NCBI GenBank assembly: GCA_951406725.2 | Contig: OX597834.1 | Coordinates: 28,644,001 to 28,708,000, forward strand | DNA: 64,000 nucleotides | Source of the DNA: Octopus vulgaris | Lineage: Eukaryota | Direction: 5' to 3' | Made by a program: the position numbers and the translations under genes | Shown: positions 13,478 through 26,419 of the stretch, one piece after another | Numbering within the stretch: the first letter of the stretch is position 1 | Layout: each line of letters starts with the position of its first letter | The notes under the pieces: model-generated | What the model was told of the DNA's origin: nothing | What the model saw: the letters and a program-made list of their open reading frames with translations, nothing else | Databases searched by the model: none

Positions 13478-13506
13478 CAACACGAGCTGTTTCCTTTTAA
13501 ACAACC

Positions 13507-14421
13507 ATGGGCAAAGGACAGGGATTGAGCGAAGCTGTTAAGGAATACCAGTGGGACGATATAAGTAAGACAAAATGGAAGATTCAATACGTCCTTAACA
13601 CATTTGTTCCCTTACCTGAAATACAATTGGACGGATTGGATTTCGACAAAATCTCCGATGTTGAATTAATCGCTAGCTTCGGTGAAAAGAACGTCGACGA
13701 GCACGACCGAACAGCGTATGCTTTCACTTATTTGTGCCACGGGACCTTCAAAAATCAAGTGGAAGCAATTAAAAGGGAAGGTCTTCGAGGTGCAAAGGAA
13801 TTCTGCAGTAGAGAATTCAAAGATTGTTGTCTTACATGGTTTCACCTTTACCCCCACGATTTTATCTACGATTCTCCAGATGACGAACGATTAAAAGCGA
13901 GTAACAAGAGTAAGAGGGACCATCTGTTGAAAAATGTCGAAGATGTAAAAAACCGAAATACGTTGGAAAATCTCTTAATCAAGTCCGCCATGTTCAGGGT
14001 GAAATTATTCCCGTTTATAGAATACAATTTCATAGCAAGTATCACAGACATTATTGAAGAATATAAAACTATCATGAAATGTGAAGAGATCGAATTGAAG
14101 AAATATGGAACGTTTGTCTACTTGCTTGAAAGAACGAAATACTTGAGAGAAGTGATGTATGGTATCATTGTCTGCCCCAAGGGGACAGAAAAGTTCAGTT
14201 CATTCGACAACTTGAGCAACGACAACGATATTTTCGAGTACAATGCCGAAAATCCATTGGAAGGAGCCTGGAAATGGATCCCGTATTCCACCTCTCTTGT
14301 TGGCAAGGAGCAGAGGAAACGTCTTTGGGATTACATTGGTTTCGCTTTCTACATGAACGATGACCAAATGAGGTTGAAACCCCCAGGTACCTGGAAGGCC
14401 CTAGATGTACCGAAATTGTGA
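13507..14421 (+). CDS. Intronless 304-aa uncharacterised protein, putative ADP-ribosyltransferase-like fold (copy 1)
   Basis: Long complex ORF with Kozak ACCATGG, an upstream TATA box and an intact paralogue. Motif YLCHGT(78-80)..AIKREGL, then TWF, and candidate acidic residues E215/D275. The ORF is well supported; the function is inferred. Confidence 0.85.
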   Translation: MGKGQGLSEAVKEYQWDDISKTKWKIQYVLNTFVPLPEIQLDGLDFDKISDVELIASFGEKNVDEHDRTAYAFTYLCHGTFKNQVEAIKREGLRGAKEFCSREFKDCCLTWFHLYPHDFIYDSPDDERLKASNKSKRDHLLKNVEDVKNRNTLENLLIKSAMFRVKLFPFIEYNFIASITDIIEEYKTIMKCEEIELKKYGTFVYLLERTKYLREVMYGIIVCPKGTEKFSSFDNLSNDNDIFEYNAENPLEGAWKWIPYSTSLVGKEQRKRLWDYIGFAFYMNDDQMRLKPPGTWKALDVPKL

Positions 14422-14486
14422 ACACTTTTACGTTAAGATCATTATTATTATTATCATTATTACTATCATTAATATTGTTGTTGTTG

Positions 14487-14534
<48 letters not shown>

Positions 14535-15000
14535 TGTGACTCCGAGTTATATGTATTCGACGCTTTTTTTTTTATTCTTTTGGCGTCAACCGTATAGTAT
14601 GTATTCTTCAACTTCTAATGACGAAAGCGTTTTTCATTTCTTTTTTTTTTTTAATTTTAAACGTTTATTTAGATCTCCATTGCTGATGAAATTATCAATA
14701 TTTATTATTTAAACGCATTATAAGACCACTATTGAATTACATACACGGTGGTAGTTTAAATAAATCCTTTTATATGTTAAATATTATAATATATTTCTGC
14801 ATGGCTTTTTTTTCAACGATATCAACTGATCGACAAGCGAGTAAAATAATTATTTATCATGATTCACATCGTATCCAACTTGAGATTCTAAAGTTACAAT
14901 TAAACTTAATATATCTTAAAAGATTGAAATTTATATCATACATACACACATGCATACATACAAACACACACACACATGCATGCATGTATACATACATACA

Positions 15001-15031
<31 letters not shown>

Positions 15032-15406
15032 GTATATGCGTACGTACATACATACATACATACATACATACATACATACATACATACATTCATACATGCA
15101 TGCATACACACATACATACATACATACATACACATGCACATACATAAGTACGTATGTACATATATACATAAACACACATAAATACATACATACATACATC
15201 CATCCATCCATCCATCCATCCATACATACATACATACATACATACATACATAAATACATACACACATATTTATAGTTGAAAAGGGGTTGAGAGAAATTAT
15301 AGTTCTTAGCCAATAAGAATTTAGAAATAGCAGCTAAAAGACCGTGGCTGCTATTTCTAAATTTTCGGTATGTGGTGAAGCAACTTGTTACTAAACCCTT
15401 AATTAC

Positions 15407-15493
<87 letters not shown>

Positions 15494-15511
15494 TACACAC
15501 ACACACACATA

Positions 15512-15583
<72 letters not shown>

Positions 15584-16146
15584 ATTTTAAAATAGGATAA
15601 AATCTTTATAAGAATTTATCAAAGTGTGAATGGATATCCATTCACAGTTAGACGGTGATGAGAGGAACAAACACACGCCCACACATATATTTATGTGTGT
15701 GTGCGTCTATACAAACATATATGTGAATATGTATACAACCTTCAACAAAGTAACAGTCATGTACACAACTTGGACGGACACATGCCAGTACACGGACATA
15801 CGTTCACATACACATACACATGTACACACTCTCACAGACACGTCTGCCCATTCTCCTAGACACTCACATACATACGTAGCACATGAGTACAAACATACAT
15901 ACATACCTACGTATGGGCATACACACGTACATACGCACGTACATGTACGCACACACATACATGGGCACATGCATACGTGCGCGTATACATACATACGCAC
16001 ATGCGCACATACATATGATCTAAATGATATGATATATATGTAAAAAATGTAATATATAAATAAATATATGTAAATATAAACCATCCGATCTTCTGATTAC
16101 CTCATTTCTTCTAATATATAATATCTGTATATCATCTCCAAACCTT

Positions 16147-16223
<77 letters not shown>

Positions 16224-16245
16224 TGTATGTATACACACATACATG

Positions 16246-16600
16246 TATTGTGTCATCCCATAAATAATACGGTTTTTCCAATTGTATGAACAGTCGGAGA
16301 GGGACGGGATAAACTACCTTCATCAACTTTCTATAAAAGTAGGTAGTAATTTTACCTTATTCTTAGTGCAAGTTTTGAAGAGTGCTGTTCGATTTTAAGT
16401 TATTTTTTCAAAGCAAAATGGAAGTAACAAAGGAGCATGTTCGGCATATTTTGTTGCATGAATTCAATAAAGGCAACCACGCAACGGAAAGTGCGAGGAA
16501 TATTTATGCAGTATATGGAGGTCGGATGATAAGCGTAAGCCAGTGTCAACGGTGGTTCAAGAAATTCCGAGCCTGAGACTACAGCCTAGAAGACGACTTC
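16246..16600 (+). mobile_element. Mariner 5' fragment (TIR + N-terminal HTH)
   Basis: MEVTKEHVRHILLHEFNKGNHATESARNIYAVYG..SQCQRWFKKFRA*DYSLED; TIR-like TATTG.GTCATCCCATAAATAAT is also present at ~27142. Confidence 0.85.
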
Positions 16601-17248
16601 TCTTTTTCGGTGGCATTTTATGTGAAAAAGAAAGGGTGAAAGTTACTTAAAGATAGAAATTGTAATGTGAATGAAATGTGGAAAAATGTTAACCGTGGAA
16701 GGAAAAGAAAGAAATATTTGCAGCTGAAAGAAATTTTTTATGCAAGTATAGCGACAGAGTGTGTAAAGTGTATTGAAAGTTGAGTTAAAAGCAAGAAAAT
16801 AAAGTTAGATTTGTAAGAATGGAAGTTGTTTACGTACATGTTCGAAATGTGAAGTGTTTTAGTTGTTTAATCAAATATTTGTGTAAAGTGTATAGAAACG
16901 TAAATTGAAAAAGAAAATGAATTGAAATTTTTAAGAAAGGAATTTGTTTACATACATGTGTCAAATGGCAAATGTTTGTGCAGTTGTCCGAAATGGAACC
17001 AGGGTAAATGTGTGGAACTGATGTATTATAATGAATAGTCCTTCTCGTTCAGGGTACATTTGTGGTGTGTCATGGTGTGTGTTAAGTACGGTATATATAA
17101 TGTGTTGCAGCTATAAACTTTACATGCCACGTGATTACAATAGTCAAACAGTAATAATAATAACAACAAGCCTTTTTAATTTATCCCCATTTATGTGAAA
17201 CCACTTATTCAAGTTCAAGTCATTGATGCAATTTTATACGAATTGCTA

Positions 17249-17313
<65 letters not shown>

Positions 17314-17756
17314 AAAAGGGTGAAAAATTGAAAAATAATTTGATTAATATGAATTGAAAACCAGTGGTGTAGCATATAAGACCATAGCGGATCTTCCTCT
17401 AGCAAAAAGGATGACCAGTATTAATGGCTCATCCCTGTTATATAAATACTTTCACTTTAATTGTTGCACACTTGCAAAAAGAAAGGAGGAGAAAGTGTAG
17501 TGGTAATGGAATGAGTGAAGCACTTGAAATGAAAGAGGGAAATCGTAAAATATTGAGTTTTCTTGAATTTTTGCTTAATTGGGGGTGAAATTGAAAAAAC
17601 TTTACATGCCATGACCCAATCGAATCTACTTGGAAAAATCATAGGTAAATTCCAATTGAAGAAATTCTATATTGTAGAATTTTATTAAAAAGAAACATGG
17701 GAACAGGCAGAGAAAATCTGCCTTTAATCATAAGAGATACGTACATGTATGTATCT

Positions 17757-19303
17757 ACGAGGTTGTCAAAAATTATTTGATCTCTTGTTGCTGTACTTAA
17801 TTAAAATAAAAGCAGAGTTGAACAATTACATCATTCTTCAACAGAGTCTCCTTGCTTTTCGGTGTACTTCTTCCAGCAGTTCAACAAACTTGCTTATTCT
17901 ATCGGAGAAGAAGGTTTACGTCTGGCCGTGCAGTCATTTATACACTGCTTCCTGCACATCTTCGTCTGTAACAAATCGACGACTTCGTAAAGGATGTTTA
18001 ATCGTTCAAAAGACATGATAGTCGGAAGGAGGAAGATCTGGACTGTATGCAGGGTGACTTAGCAACACAGAACCCAATTTTTCAATGGTTTCAATGATAT
18101 GAGCGGCTGTATTTGGGTATGCCTTGTCGTACAACAATAACATTTACTTATCAGATCTCGGCGTTGGGTGCGAATTGCACTGGTGACTGTAAGACTCCTT
18201 TTTTTCCAGGTAAGGTTTCGGTATAAGCCCTTTTGAACCCAAAAAACGTTTAGCGTCACATTTTCTTTGGAAGATTGAGTATTGAATTTCTGTTTCGACG
18301 GCGATTCTGAATATTTTCATTCCATACACTGCTTTTAAGATTCTGGATCAAAGTAATAGATTCATGCCTCATCTTCTCTTCAGACTATTCTCTTCAGACA
18401 AGCTGCTTCGTCTTCATCCTTGCAGCGGCCGAGCAAGCGTTGACGGATCTCCTGGCAGAAACGTTAGCACGCTGGGCGAAAGGCGGCGAGCTGGCAGAAA
18501 CGTTAGCACGCCGGGCGAAATGCGTAGCTGTATTTCGTATGTTGTCACGTTGTTAGTTCAAATTCCGCCGAGGTCGACTTTGCCTTTCATCCTTTCGGGG
18601 TCGATAAATTAAGTACCAGTTACGCACTGGGGACGATGTAATCGACTTAATACCTATGTCTGTCTTTGTTTGTCCCCTCTATGTTTAGGCCCTTGTGGGT
18701 AATAAAGAAATAGGATCTCCTCGCCATTGCGCTTATGCACTTTGGTAAGCTCTCTTTGCACCCATCTCACACTAACTTTACGGAAGCGATGAACCATGAC
18801 TAATTTGCAGAGAACATGTCACCTCATCGTGGTCATTCGTCGGTTCGTCAGAACGATCTCACCAGCTTGTTGAATCTTCACGCCAGTGGTGGAGGTTCAT
18901 GGACGTTCTGTGTCTGCTTGGTACTTCTCGCTTGTCCGGTCATTCTTAAATTTCTCGATTCACTCACAGACTTTGCTGAAAAATGATGTAATTGTTCAAC
19001 TCTGCTTTTATGTTGTCCTTGTATCATACTGAAATCCTGCGATGGATTTCATTTTTTGACACACACTCAGACCAGAAAAATTCGGTAACTGATTTCTGTT
19101 CTTCGTTTGTGGACACTGCCAGTGGAACGGCCGTGTTTACTCGGTGACACACACATAAAAAACCCCCAGAAAACCAGAGCGATCAAGGTCAAACCTTGTT
19201 GTTACATAACAAGTGTGTCACCTTTTAGCACGCAAGCGCTGAAGACAGTGCGAGCAACTAAAAGGAAGTTTTAACAATGTTGCGGATAATTTTTAACTTC
19301 ACT
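17757..19303 (-). mobile_element. Mariner transposon fossil (longer copy)
   Basis: RWVQRELTKVHK (WVPHEL-type motif), YFDPES and YSPDLPPSDYHVF on the minus strand. Confidence 0.88.
18454..18712 (+). mobile_element. SINE family B inserted after the duplication
   Basis: TSD GGATCTCCT at 18445-18453 and 18713-18721; the empty site is at 11989-11997 in copy 1. Confidence 0.92.
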
Positions 19304-19334
19304 TTTTATATATACATACACATTACGTAATACA

Positions 19335-19410
<76 letters not shown>

Positions 19411-19433
19411 CATAAATATTAGGGAATAAATCC

Positions 19434-19483
<50 letters not shown>

Positions 19484-19773
19484 TGTATGTATGTGTAGAA
19501 ATTAAATATAAATTACAAAATGGGACAAGAACGCATAAACACGCAAAGAGACGACACAAAAAATAGACGGGTCATTCGAAGCCTCTAATCTTCAGTCGGG
19601 AACCGGATCATCTTAGCAATTTCGGCTGATTAATCCTGATATCGCTCCGATACGGCCAGCCCCAAAGAAAAACTAAGCTACGGGCATTAGATTTCTTGGA
19701 AAGAGGATCGAATGTATACGAAATAAGGACAGGATGCCACACGAATATAAATTATATATATATATATATATAT

Positions 19774-20067
19774 CACCGTGAACATCGTGACCGACCGGGC
19801 TATCAGATGTTGCTACACATCGCTGATCACAATGCGCTTCGCATTGTTTTAGCCTTCGAATGACGCCACCCCGCAGGCTAAGCGAGCAGGCCAACAGAAG
19901 AAAGAGTGAGAGAAAGTTGTGGCGAAGGAGTACAGCAGGGATCGCCACCCCCCCCCTGCCGGAGCCTCGTGGAGCTTTAGGTGTTTTCGCTCAATAAACA
20001 CTCACAACGCCCGGTCTGGGAATCGAAACCGCGATCCTACAACGGCAAGTCCGCTGCCCTAACCACT

Positions 20068-20069
<2 letters not shown>
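19774..20069 (-). mobile_element. SINE family A variant with alternative 3' tail, in (TA)n
   Basis: Family-A head with a GCGATGTGTAGCAACATCTGATAG tail; similar copies at 49040-49343 and 59141-59450. Confidence 0.85.
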
Positions 20070-20129
<60 letters not shown>

Positions 20130-20629
20130 CACACACATATACACATGCACATGCATGTACAGATATATATAAATGGGTATATGTGAGAGTGTGCCTATGG
20201 TTGTGTGAGTGCATGTGTGTGTGTGTGTGTGTGTGTGTATGACCATGCACGCGCGCACTGAACTGTCTGCCGGAACTTTAAAGTTTCTGTGACCACTATT
20301 GATTGATTGATTCTAGTTTCAGCTCACGAGCTGTGGCCATGCTGGGGCACCGCCATTCTTGTAAAAATATATAATAAATAAACCCGCAAAAACAATTGAG
20401 ATATCTTTCGGGTTAATGTAATTTCTTTTTATCATACAGACAAAAATACGCATACATACATACATACATACATACACACCCACACGTGTATATATGTATG
20501 TATGTATGTATACCCAATGCACACACACACACAGACTATCACACACAAACATTTACGCAGACAAATTTTCATACATACGTCCATACGCACACACACAATT
20601 CACAGAAAAGCTTAAGTGCCTACTAGTTC

Positions 20630-20678
20630 TGACGTGTTTATTTCACTTTCATTTTCTTTCGCGCCACACCTATATAAA
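20630..20678 (+). promoter_or_regulatory. Promoter of ART-like gene 2: TGACGT, ISRE/IRF-type element, TATA box
   Basis: TGACGT at 20630; TTTCACTTTCATTTTCTTTC at 20641-20660; TATATAAA at 20671-20678. Confidence 0.65.
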
Positions 20679-20723
20679 CAACACGAGCTGTTTCCTTTCT
20701 GACAGTTTTCCTTTTAAACAACC

Positions 20724-21644
20724 ATGGGCAAAGGACAGAGATTGAGCGAAGCTGTTAAGGAATACCAGTGGGACGATATAAGTAAGACAGAAGAGAAGGG
20801 TCAGTACACCCTTAACACATTTGTTCCCTTACCTGAAATACAATTGGACGGATTGGATTTCGACAAAATCTCCGATGTTGAATTAATCGCTAGCTTCGGT
20901 GAAAAGAACGTCGAGGAGCACGACCGAACTGTGTATCCTTTCACTTATTTGTGCCACGGGACCTTCAAAAATCATGTGGAAGCAATTGAAAGGGAAGGTC
21001 TTCGTGGGGCGAAGGGATCCAGCAGTAGAGAATTCAAAGATTGTTTTTTTACATGGTTTCACCTTTACCCCCACGATTTTATCTACGATTCTCCAGACGA
21101 CGAACGATTAAAAGCGAGTAACAAGAATAAGAGGGACCATCTGTTGAGAAATGTCATGGGTGAAGATAACCGGACGACACTAGAAGAACACTTAATCAGG
21201 TCCGCTATGTTCCGGGTGAAATTATTCCCGTTTATAGAATACAATTTCATAGCAAGTATCACAGACATTATTGAAGTTTATAAAACTATCATGAAATGTG
21301 AAGAGATCGAATTGAAGAAATATGGAACGTTTGTCTACTTGGATCCGTATAAAAGAACGAAATACTTGAGAGAAGTGATGTATGGTATCATTGTCTGCCC
21401 CAAGGGGACAGAAAAGTTCAGTTCATTGGACAACTTGAGCAACGACGACGATATTTTCGAGTACAATGCCGAAAATCCATTGGAAGGAGCCTGGAAATGG
21501 ATCCCATATTCCACCTCTCTCGTTGGCAAGGAGCAGAGGAAACGTCTTTGGGATTACATTGGTTTCGCTTTCTACATGAACGATGACCAAATGAGGTTGA
21601 AACCCCCAGGTACCTGGAAGGCCCTAGAAGTACCGAAATTGTGA
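20724..21644 (+). CDS. Intronless 306-aa uncharacterised protein, putative ADP-ribosyltransferase-like fold (copy 2)
   Basis: Paralogue of 13507-14421: about 30 aa substitutions (hand count) plus an in-frame 6-nt indel, with no stops or frameshifts. Confidence 0.85.
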   Translation: MGKGQRLSEAVKEYQWDDISKTEEKGQYTLNTFVPLPEIQLDGLDFDKISDVELIASFGEKNVEEHDRTVYPFTYLCHGTFKNHVEAIEREGLRGAKGSSSREFKDCFFTWFHLYPHDFIYDSPDDERLKASNKNKRDHLLRNVMGEDNRTTLEEHLIRSAMFRVKLFPFIEYNFIASITDIIEVYKTIMKCEEIELKKYGTFVYLDPYKRTKYLREVMYGIIVCPKGTEKFSSLDNLSNDDDIFEYNAENPLEGAWKWIPYSTSLVGKEQRKRLWDYIGFAFYMNDDQMRLKPPGTWKALEVPKL

Positions 21645-21709
21645 ACACTTTTACGTTAAGATCATTATTATTATTATCATTATTACTATCATTAATATTG
21701 TTGTTGTTG

Positions 21710-21763
<54 letters not shown>

Positions 21764-22240
21764 TGTGACTCCGAGTTATATGTATTCGACGCATTTTTTA
21801 AAAATTCTTTTGGCGTCAACCGTATAGTATGTATTCTTCAACTTCTAATGACGAAAGCGTTTTTCATTTCTTTTTTTTTTTTCATTTTAAACGTTTATTT
21901 AGATCTCCATTGCTGATGAAATTATCAATATTTATTAGTTAAACGCATTATAAGACCACTATTGAATTACATGGCATAATGGTAGTTTAAATAAACCCTT
22001 TTATATGTTAAATATTATAATATATTTCTGCATGGCTTTTTTTTTAACGATATCAACTGATCGACAAGCGAGTAAAAAAATTATTTATCATGATTCACAT
22101 CGTATCCAACTTGAGATTCTAAAGTTACAACTAAACTTAATATATCTTAAAAGATTGAAATTTATATCATACATACACACATGCATACATACAAACACAC
22201 ACACACACACATGCATGCATACATACATACATACATACAT

Positions 22241-22273
<33 letters not shown>

Positions 22274-22585
22274 TACATACATACATACATACATACATAC
22301 ATACATACATACATACATACATACGTACATACATACATACATATGTATCTGCGTACGTACATACATACATACATACATACACACACACACACTCATTCAT
22401 AATACATACATGCATACATACATACATACATACATACATACATACATACATACATACATACATACATACATACATACATACATACATACACACACTCATT
22501 CATAATACATACATGCATACATACATACATACATACATACATACATACATACATACATACATACATACATACATACATACATACA

Positions 22586-22616
<31 letters not shown>

Positions 22617-22719
22617 GTATGTGCGTACGTACATACATACATACATACATACATACACACGCACATACATAAGTACGTACGTACATACATATATACATGA
22701 ACACACATAAATACATAAA

Positions 22720-22750
<31 letters not shown>

Positions 22751-22999
22751 TTATAGTTGAAAAGGGGTTGAGAGAAATTATAGTTCTTAGCCAATAAGAA
22801 CTCAAATATGGGTACACACTGTTAACCCCCAATTTTTTCTTCTCTTCAAAATTCTTTCTAATATTTGATAAGATGGATACAATGAAACCGGATATATTTT
22901 ACATCATTCACTAACAAAAATATTAAACATTCCCTAAACTATTCTCTTGTGCCTTTTCCAACTTCATTTACTTATATCTATGTATATATACATACATAT

Positions 23000-23039
<40 letters not shown>

Positions 23040-23151
23040 ATTACAGATATAGGGTGAAATATAATTAATTTAATAAAATCAACAAATTTCACCTAGTAGT
23101 ATTTCGGTATGGAAAAGGACCATATTCGGTAAAAATTTATATAATTATATA

Positions 23152-23316
23152 ATAATAAGGGTTTTTTGCAACATGTTGCTTAAACCACGTACCGAAAATA
23201 TTAGAAATAGCAGCCAAAAGACTACTATTTGTAGTAAAAGGAAATAGTTGTCTTTTGGCTGCTATTTCTAATATTTTCGGTATGTGGTTTAAGCAACTTG
23301 TTGCAAAAAACCTTAT

Positions 23317-23320
<4 letters not shown>
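23152..23320. repeat. Palindrome in (TA)n context
   Basis: Arms ...TTAGAAATAGCAGCCAAAAGAC and GTCTTTTGGCTGCTATTTCTAA...; related palindromes at 23530-23658 and 47740-47950. Confidence 0.88.
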
Positions 23321-23394
<74 letters not shown>

Positions 23395-23529
23395 CATTAC
23401 AGATATAGGGTAAAAAATTATTAATTTAATAAATTAACAAATTTTACCAAAGTAGTTTCTGTATGGAAAAGAACTATATTCGGTAAAAACTTATACAAAA
23501 AGTTTTTTTTAATATATTATTATAACAAT

Positions 23530-23655
23530 AATTAAGGGTTTAGCAACAAGTTGCTTCACCACATACCGAAAATTTAGAAATAGCAGCCAAAAGACCGTGG
23601 CTGCTATTTCTAAATTTTCGGTATGTGTTGAAGCAACGTGTTGCTAAACCCTTAA

Positions 23656-23658
<3 letters not shown>
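23530..23658. repeat. Palindrome related to 23152-23320
   Basis: TAATTAAGGGTTTAGCAAC...GTTGCTAAACCCTTAATTA. Confidence 0.88.
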
Positions 23659-23740
<82 letters not shown>

Positions 23741-24344
23741 GTGTATGCATGTTTGTATGTGTATATAGACATGGACAAATATTGACATTGGCAAGTCATT
23801 TATAAATAGAAAAAAATAAAAACCCAGTCACTGAAATGCATATTGCCAAACAAATCCGGAAGTTCACTGAAGTAGGAACAGAGAGATAGAAAGAGACAGA
23901 GACAGACAGTCAGAGAGACAGAGAAGGAGAGAGAGAGAGAGAGAGAGAAAAGAGAGAGAGAGAGAGCGACAGAGAGAGAGAGAGAGAGAGTCATACTTAT
24001 GGGCACGCCCATAAACAAACAAGATTATGTATATTTTCAGTATTATTTAATAAATTCTTCTAATTCCTCCGTTATTTTGTGTTGTTGAAATAAAATTACA
24101 ATAAAGATATATTTTATGACAAATACTCAGTTGTTGATGTTGTTACTGTTGTTGTTAATGTTTTTTTTTGTATAATGTTGCTTTTGTAGTTTAACCCCAG
24201 GCAAGTTGTGAGCATGGTGGGTAACCACCTTAATGGGTTTTAGCAGAAGAAATTGACCCCAGAACTTATTCTTTGTATGCCTACTACTTATTCCATCGAG
24301 TTCTTTTGCCGGGACGCGAAACTTTTTTCCCACGAGAGTTCCGG

Positions 24345-24650
24345 ACCAAAAAGTTGATAGATATGACAGGTTAGCTTGGGAGGTTAAGCAGTTGTGGTCG
24401 CTGAAAAAGGTGGTAGTAGTACCAATAATTGTCGGAGCCCTGGGAACAGTGAGCAAAAATCTTGAGAAGTACATGGAACAAATAGGGGCTGCAATAAGGG
24501 TGGATCACTTGCAGAAAACACCTTCAAAAATCAGCATTGCTTGGAACTGTAAGAATTTTTCGTAGGGTTCTTGAAGTATGACCAGTAAACAAATGTCACC
24601 TTAGTCAGCTGGCTGTGGACAACTGACACTTTCCATCATACCCAGCAAAA
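24345..24650 (+). mobile_element. Dong/R4-like 3' fragment
   Basis: YDRLAWEVKQLWSLKKVVVVPIIVGALGTVSKNLEKYMEQIG; homologous to 1715-1930. Confidence 0.8.
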
Positions 24651-25035
24651 TGGAAGCACTCCGTCGGTTACGACGACGAGGGTTCCGGTTGATCCGAATC
24701 AACGGAACAGCCTGCTCGTGAAATTAACGTGTAAGTGGCTGAGCACTCCACAGACACGTGTACCCTTAACGTAGTTCTCGGGGATATTCAGCGTGTCACA
24801 GAGAGTGACAAGGCTGGCCTTTTGAAATACAGGTACAACAGAAACAGGAAGTAAGAGTGAGAGAAAGTTGTGGTGAAAGAGTACAGCAGGGATCACCACC
24901 ATCCCCTGCCGGAGCCTCGTGGAGCTTTAGGTGTTTTCGCTCAATAAACACTCACAACGCCCGGTCTGGGAATCGAAACCGCGATCCTATGACCGCGAGT
25001 CCGCTGCCCTAAACACTGGGCCATTGCGCCTCCAC
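24651..25035 (-). mobile_element. SINE family A
   Basis: Full length, flanked by the duplicated ACCCAGCAAAAT. Confidence 0.92.
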
Positions 25036-25360
25036 ACCCAGCAAAATAAGCTGTGATTAGATAAAATGTACCTTTTATTCCAACAACACTATTAAACGCA
25101 CGACAAAAATTCCCTCCAAAATAAGTTGAAAATCTTACATATCCACAATTTCCTCTGCCCGAACACACAAACGATCATCTTCAAAAACTTTGAAACTTTA
25201 GGAGATAAACAACTGCCAACATATATAAACTGCACGATTGCGAAAACTAACCACGGCAAAACCTATAAAAAAGCAAGAAATATTCAATGAAGTAAAAATC
25301 AACGTGTGTGTGTGTGTGTGTTATTATTATTATTATTGTTATTTTTTCTATTTGTAATTT

Positions 25361-25900
25361 ATTTCTTTATTGCCCACAGGAGGCGAAACATAGAAGGGAC
25401 AAACAAGGACAGACAAAGGAATTAAGTCGATTATATCGACCCCAGTGCGTAACTAGTACTTAATTTATCGACCCCGAAAGGATGAAAGGCAAAGTCGACC
25501 TCGGCGGAATTTGAACTCAGAACGTAAAGACAGACGAAATACCTTTTTTTTTTACTACCCAGAAGGGGCTAAACACAGAGGGGACAAACAAGGACAGACA
25601 AAGGGATTAAGTTGATTATATCGACCCCAGTGCATAACTGATACTTATTTAATCGACCCCGAAGGGATGAAAGGCAAAGTCGACCTCGGCGGAATTTGAA
25701 CTCAGAACGTAACAGCAGACGAAATACCTTTTTTTACTACCCACAAGGGGCTAAACACAGAAGGAACAAACAAGGACAGACAAACGGATTAAGTCGATTA
25801 TATCGACCCCAGTGCGTAAATGATACTTATTTAATCGACCCCGAAGGGATGAAAGGCAAAGTCGACCACGGCAGACGAAAATACCGCTAAGCATTTCGCC
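25361..25900 (-). mobile_element. SINE family B trimer
   Basis: Three bodies joined at ...GACGAAATACC junctions. Confidence 0.88.
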
Positions 25901-26419
25901 CTTAAAACAAAACATGATAAGTTGGCCTTTTCCAAGGCCAAGGTCGGCCACTTGTAGCAGTAAACACTTTTGACCTCTGCTGGGTGTAAGAGTATGACGC
26001 TTCTTTTGCTTCCTACTACTGCTATGATAATAGTGATTTGCCTGGAGACAAACACACACACGTGACAGCGTTTGCATCCTGTTGACAGAACATCAGAACA
26101 TATACAATCCCATTACCACTTCTACGACCATCGCTGCCAACGCCATCACTATCCTACTGAAATAACTCGGAGGTAAACCCCCTAACATCGCTTGACAACC
26201 GATGCTAGTGTCTTTACGTCCCCGTAACTTAGCGGTTCGGCAAAATGCCAATATCATGACTGCTGCTCAGTGTTCTGCTAACACTATACAGCTGTTTTTC
26301 CCAATCTATTTGCCCCCAGGTCCCACTATAACTTTCCAGAAAAATGTATATCCCATCAGTGGCTAGAGAAAAAAAAAAACGACTTTATTTTTAATATTTC
26401 ATAATTATGAACTAAACTA

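Larger units (their letters stand above)
17738..23658 (+). repeat. Local duplication, copy 2
   Basis: Colinear with 11299-15405; carries extra SINE insertions and a longer mariner. Confidence 0.9.

Noticed and set aside
13507-13530. N-myristoylation signal MGKGQ(G/R)LS
   Set aside because: Gly2 is present but there is no Ser/Thr at position 6, and that position differs between copies; unsupported.
12605-13541. YVCM/HTYI repeat ORFs (also 14732-16326 and 22005-22832)
   Set aside because: (ATAC)n/(GTAT)n tracts.
13666-14611. Antisense and alternative-frame ORFs over the ART-like genes (also 20883-21916)
   Set aside because: Short shadows of the real CDS, or (ATT)n-derived poly-N/poly-L.
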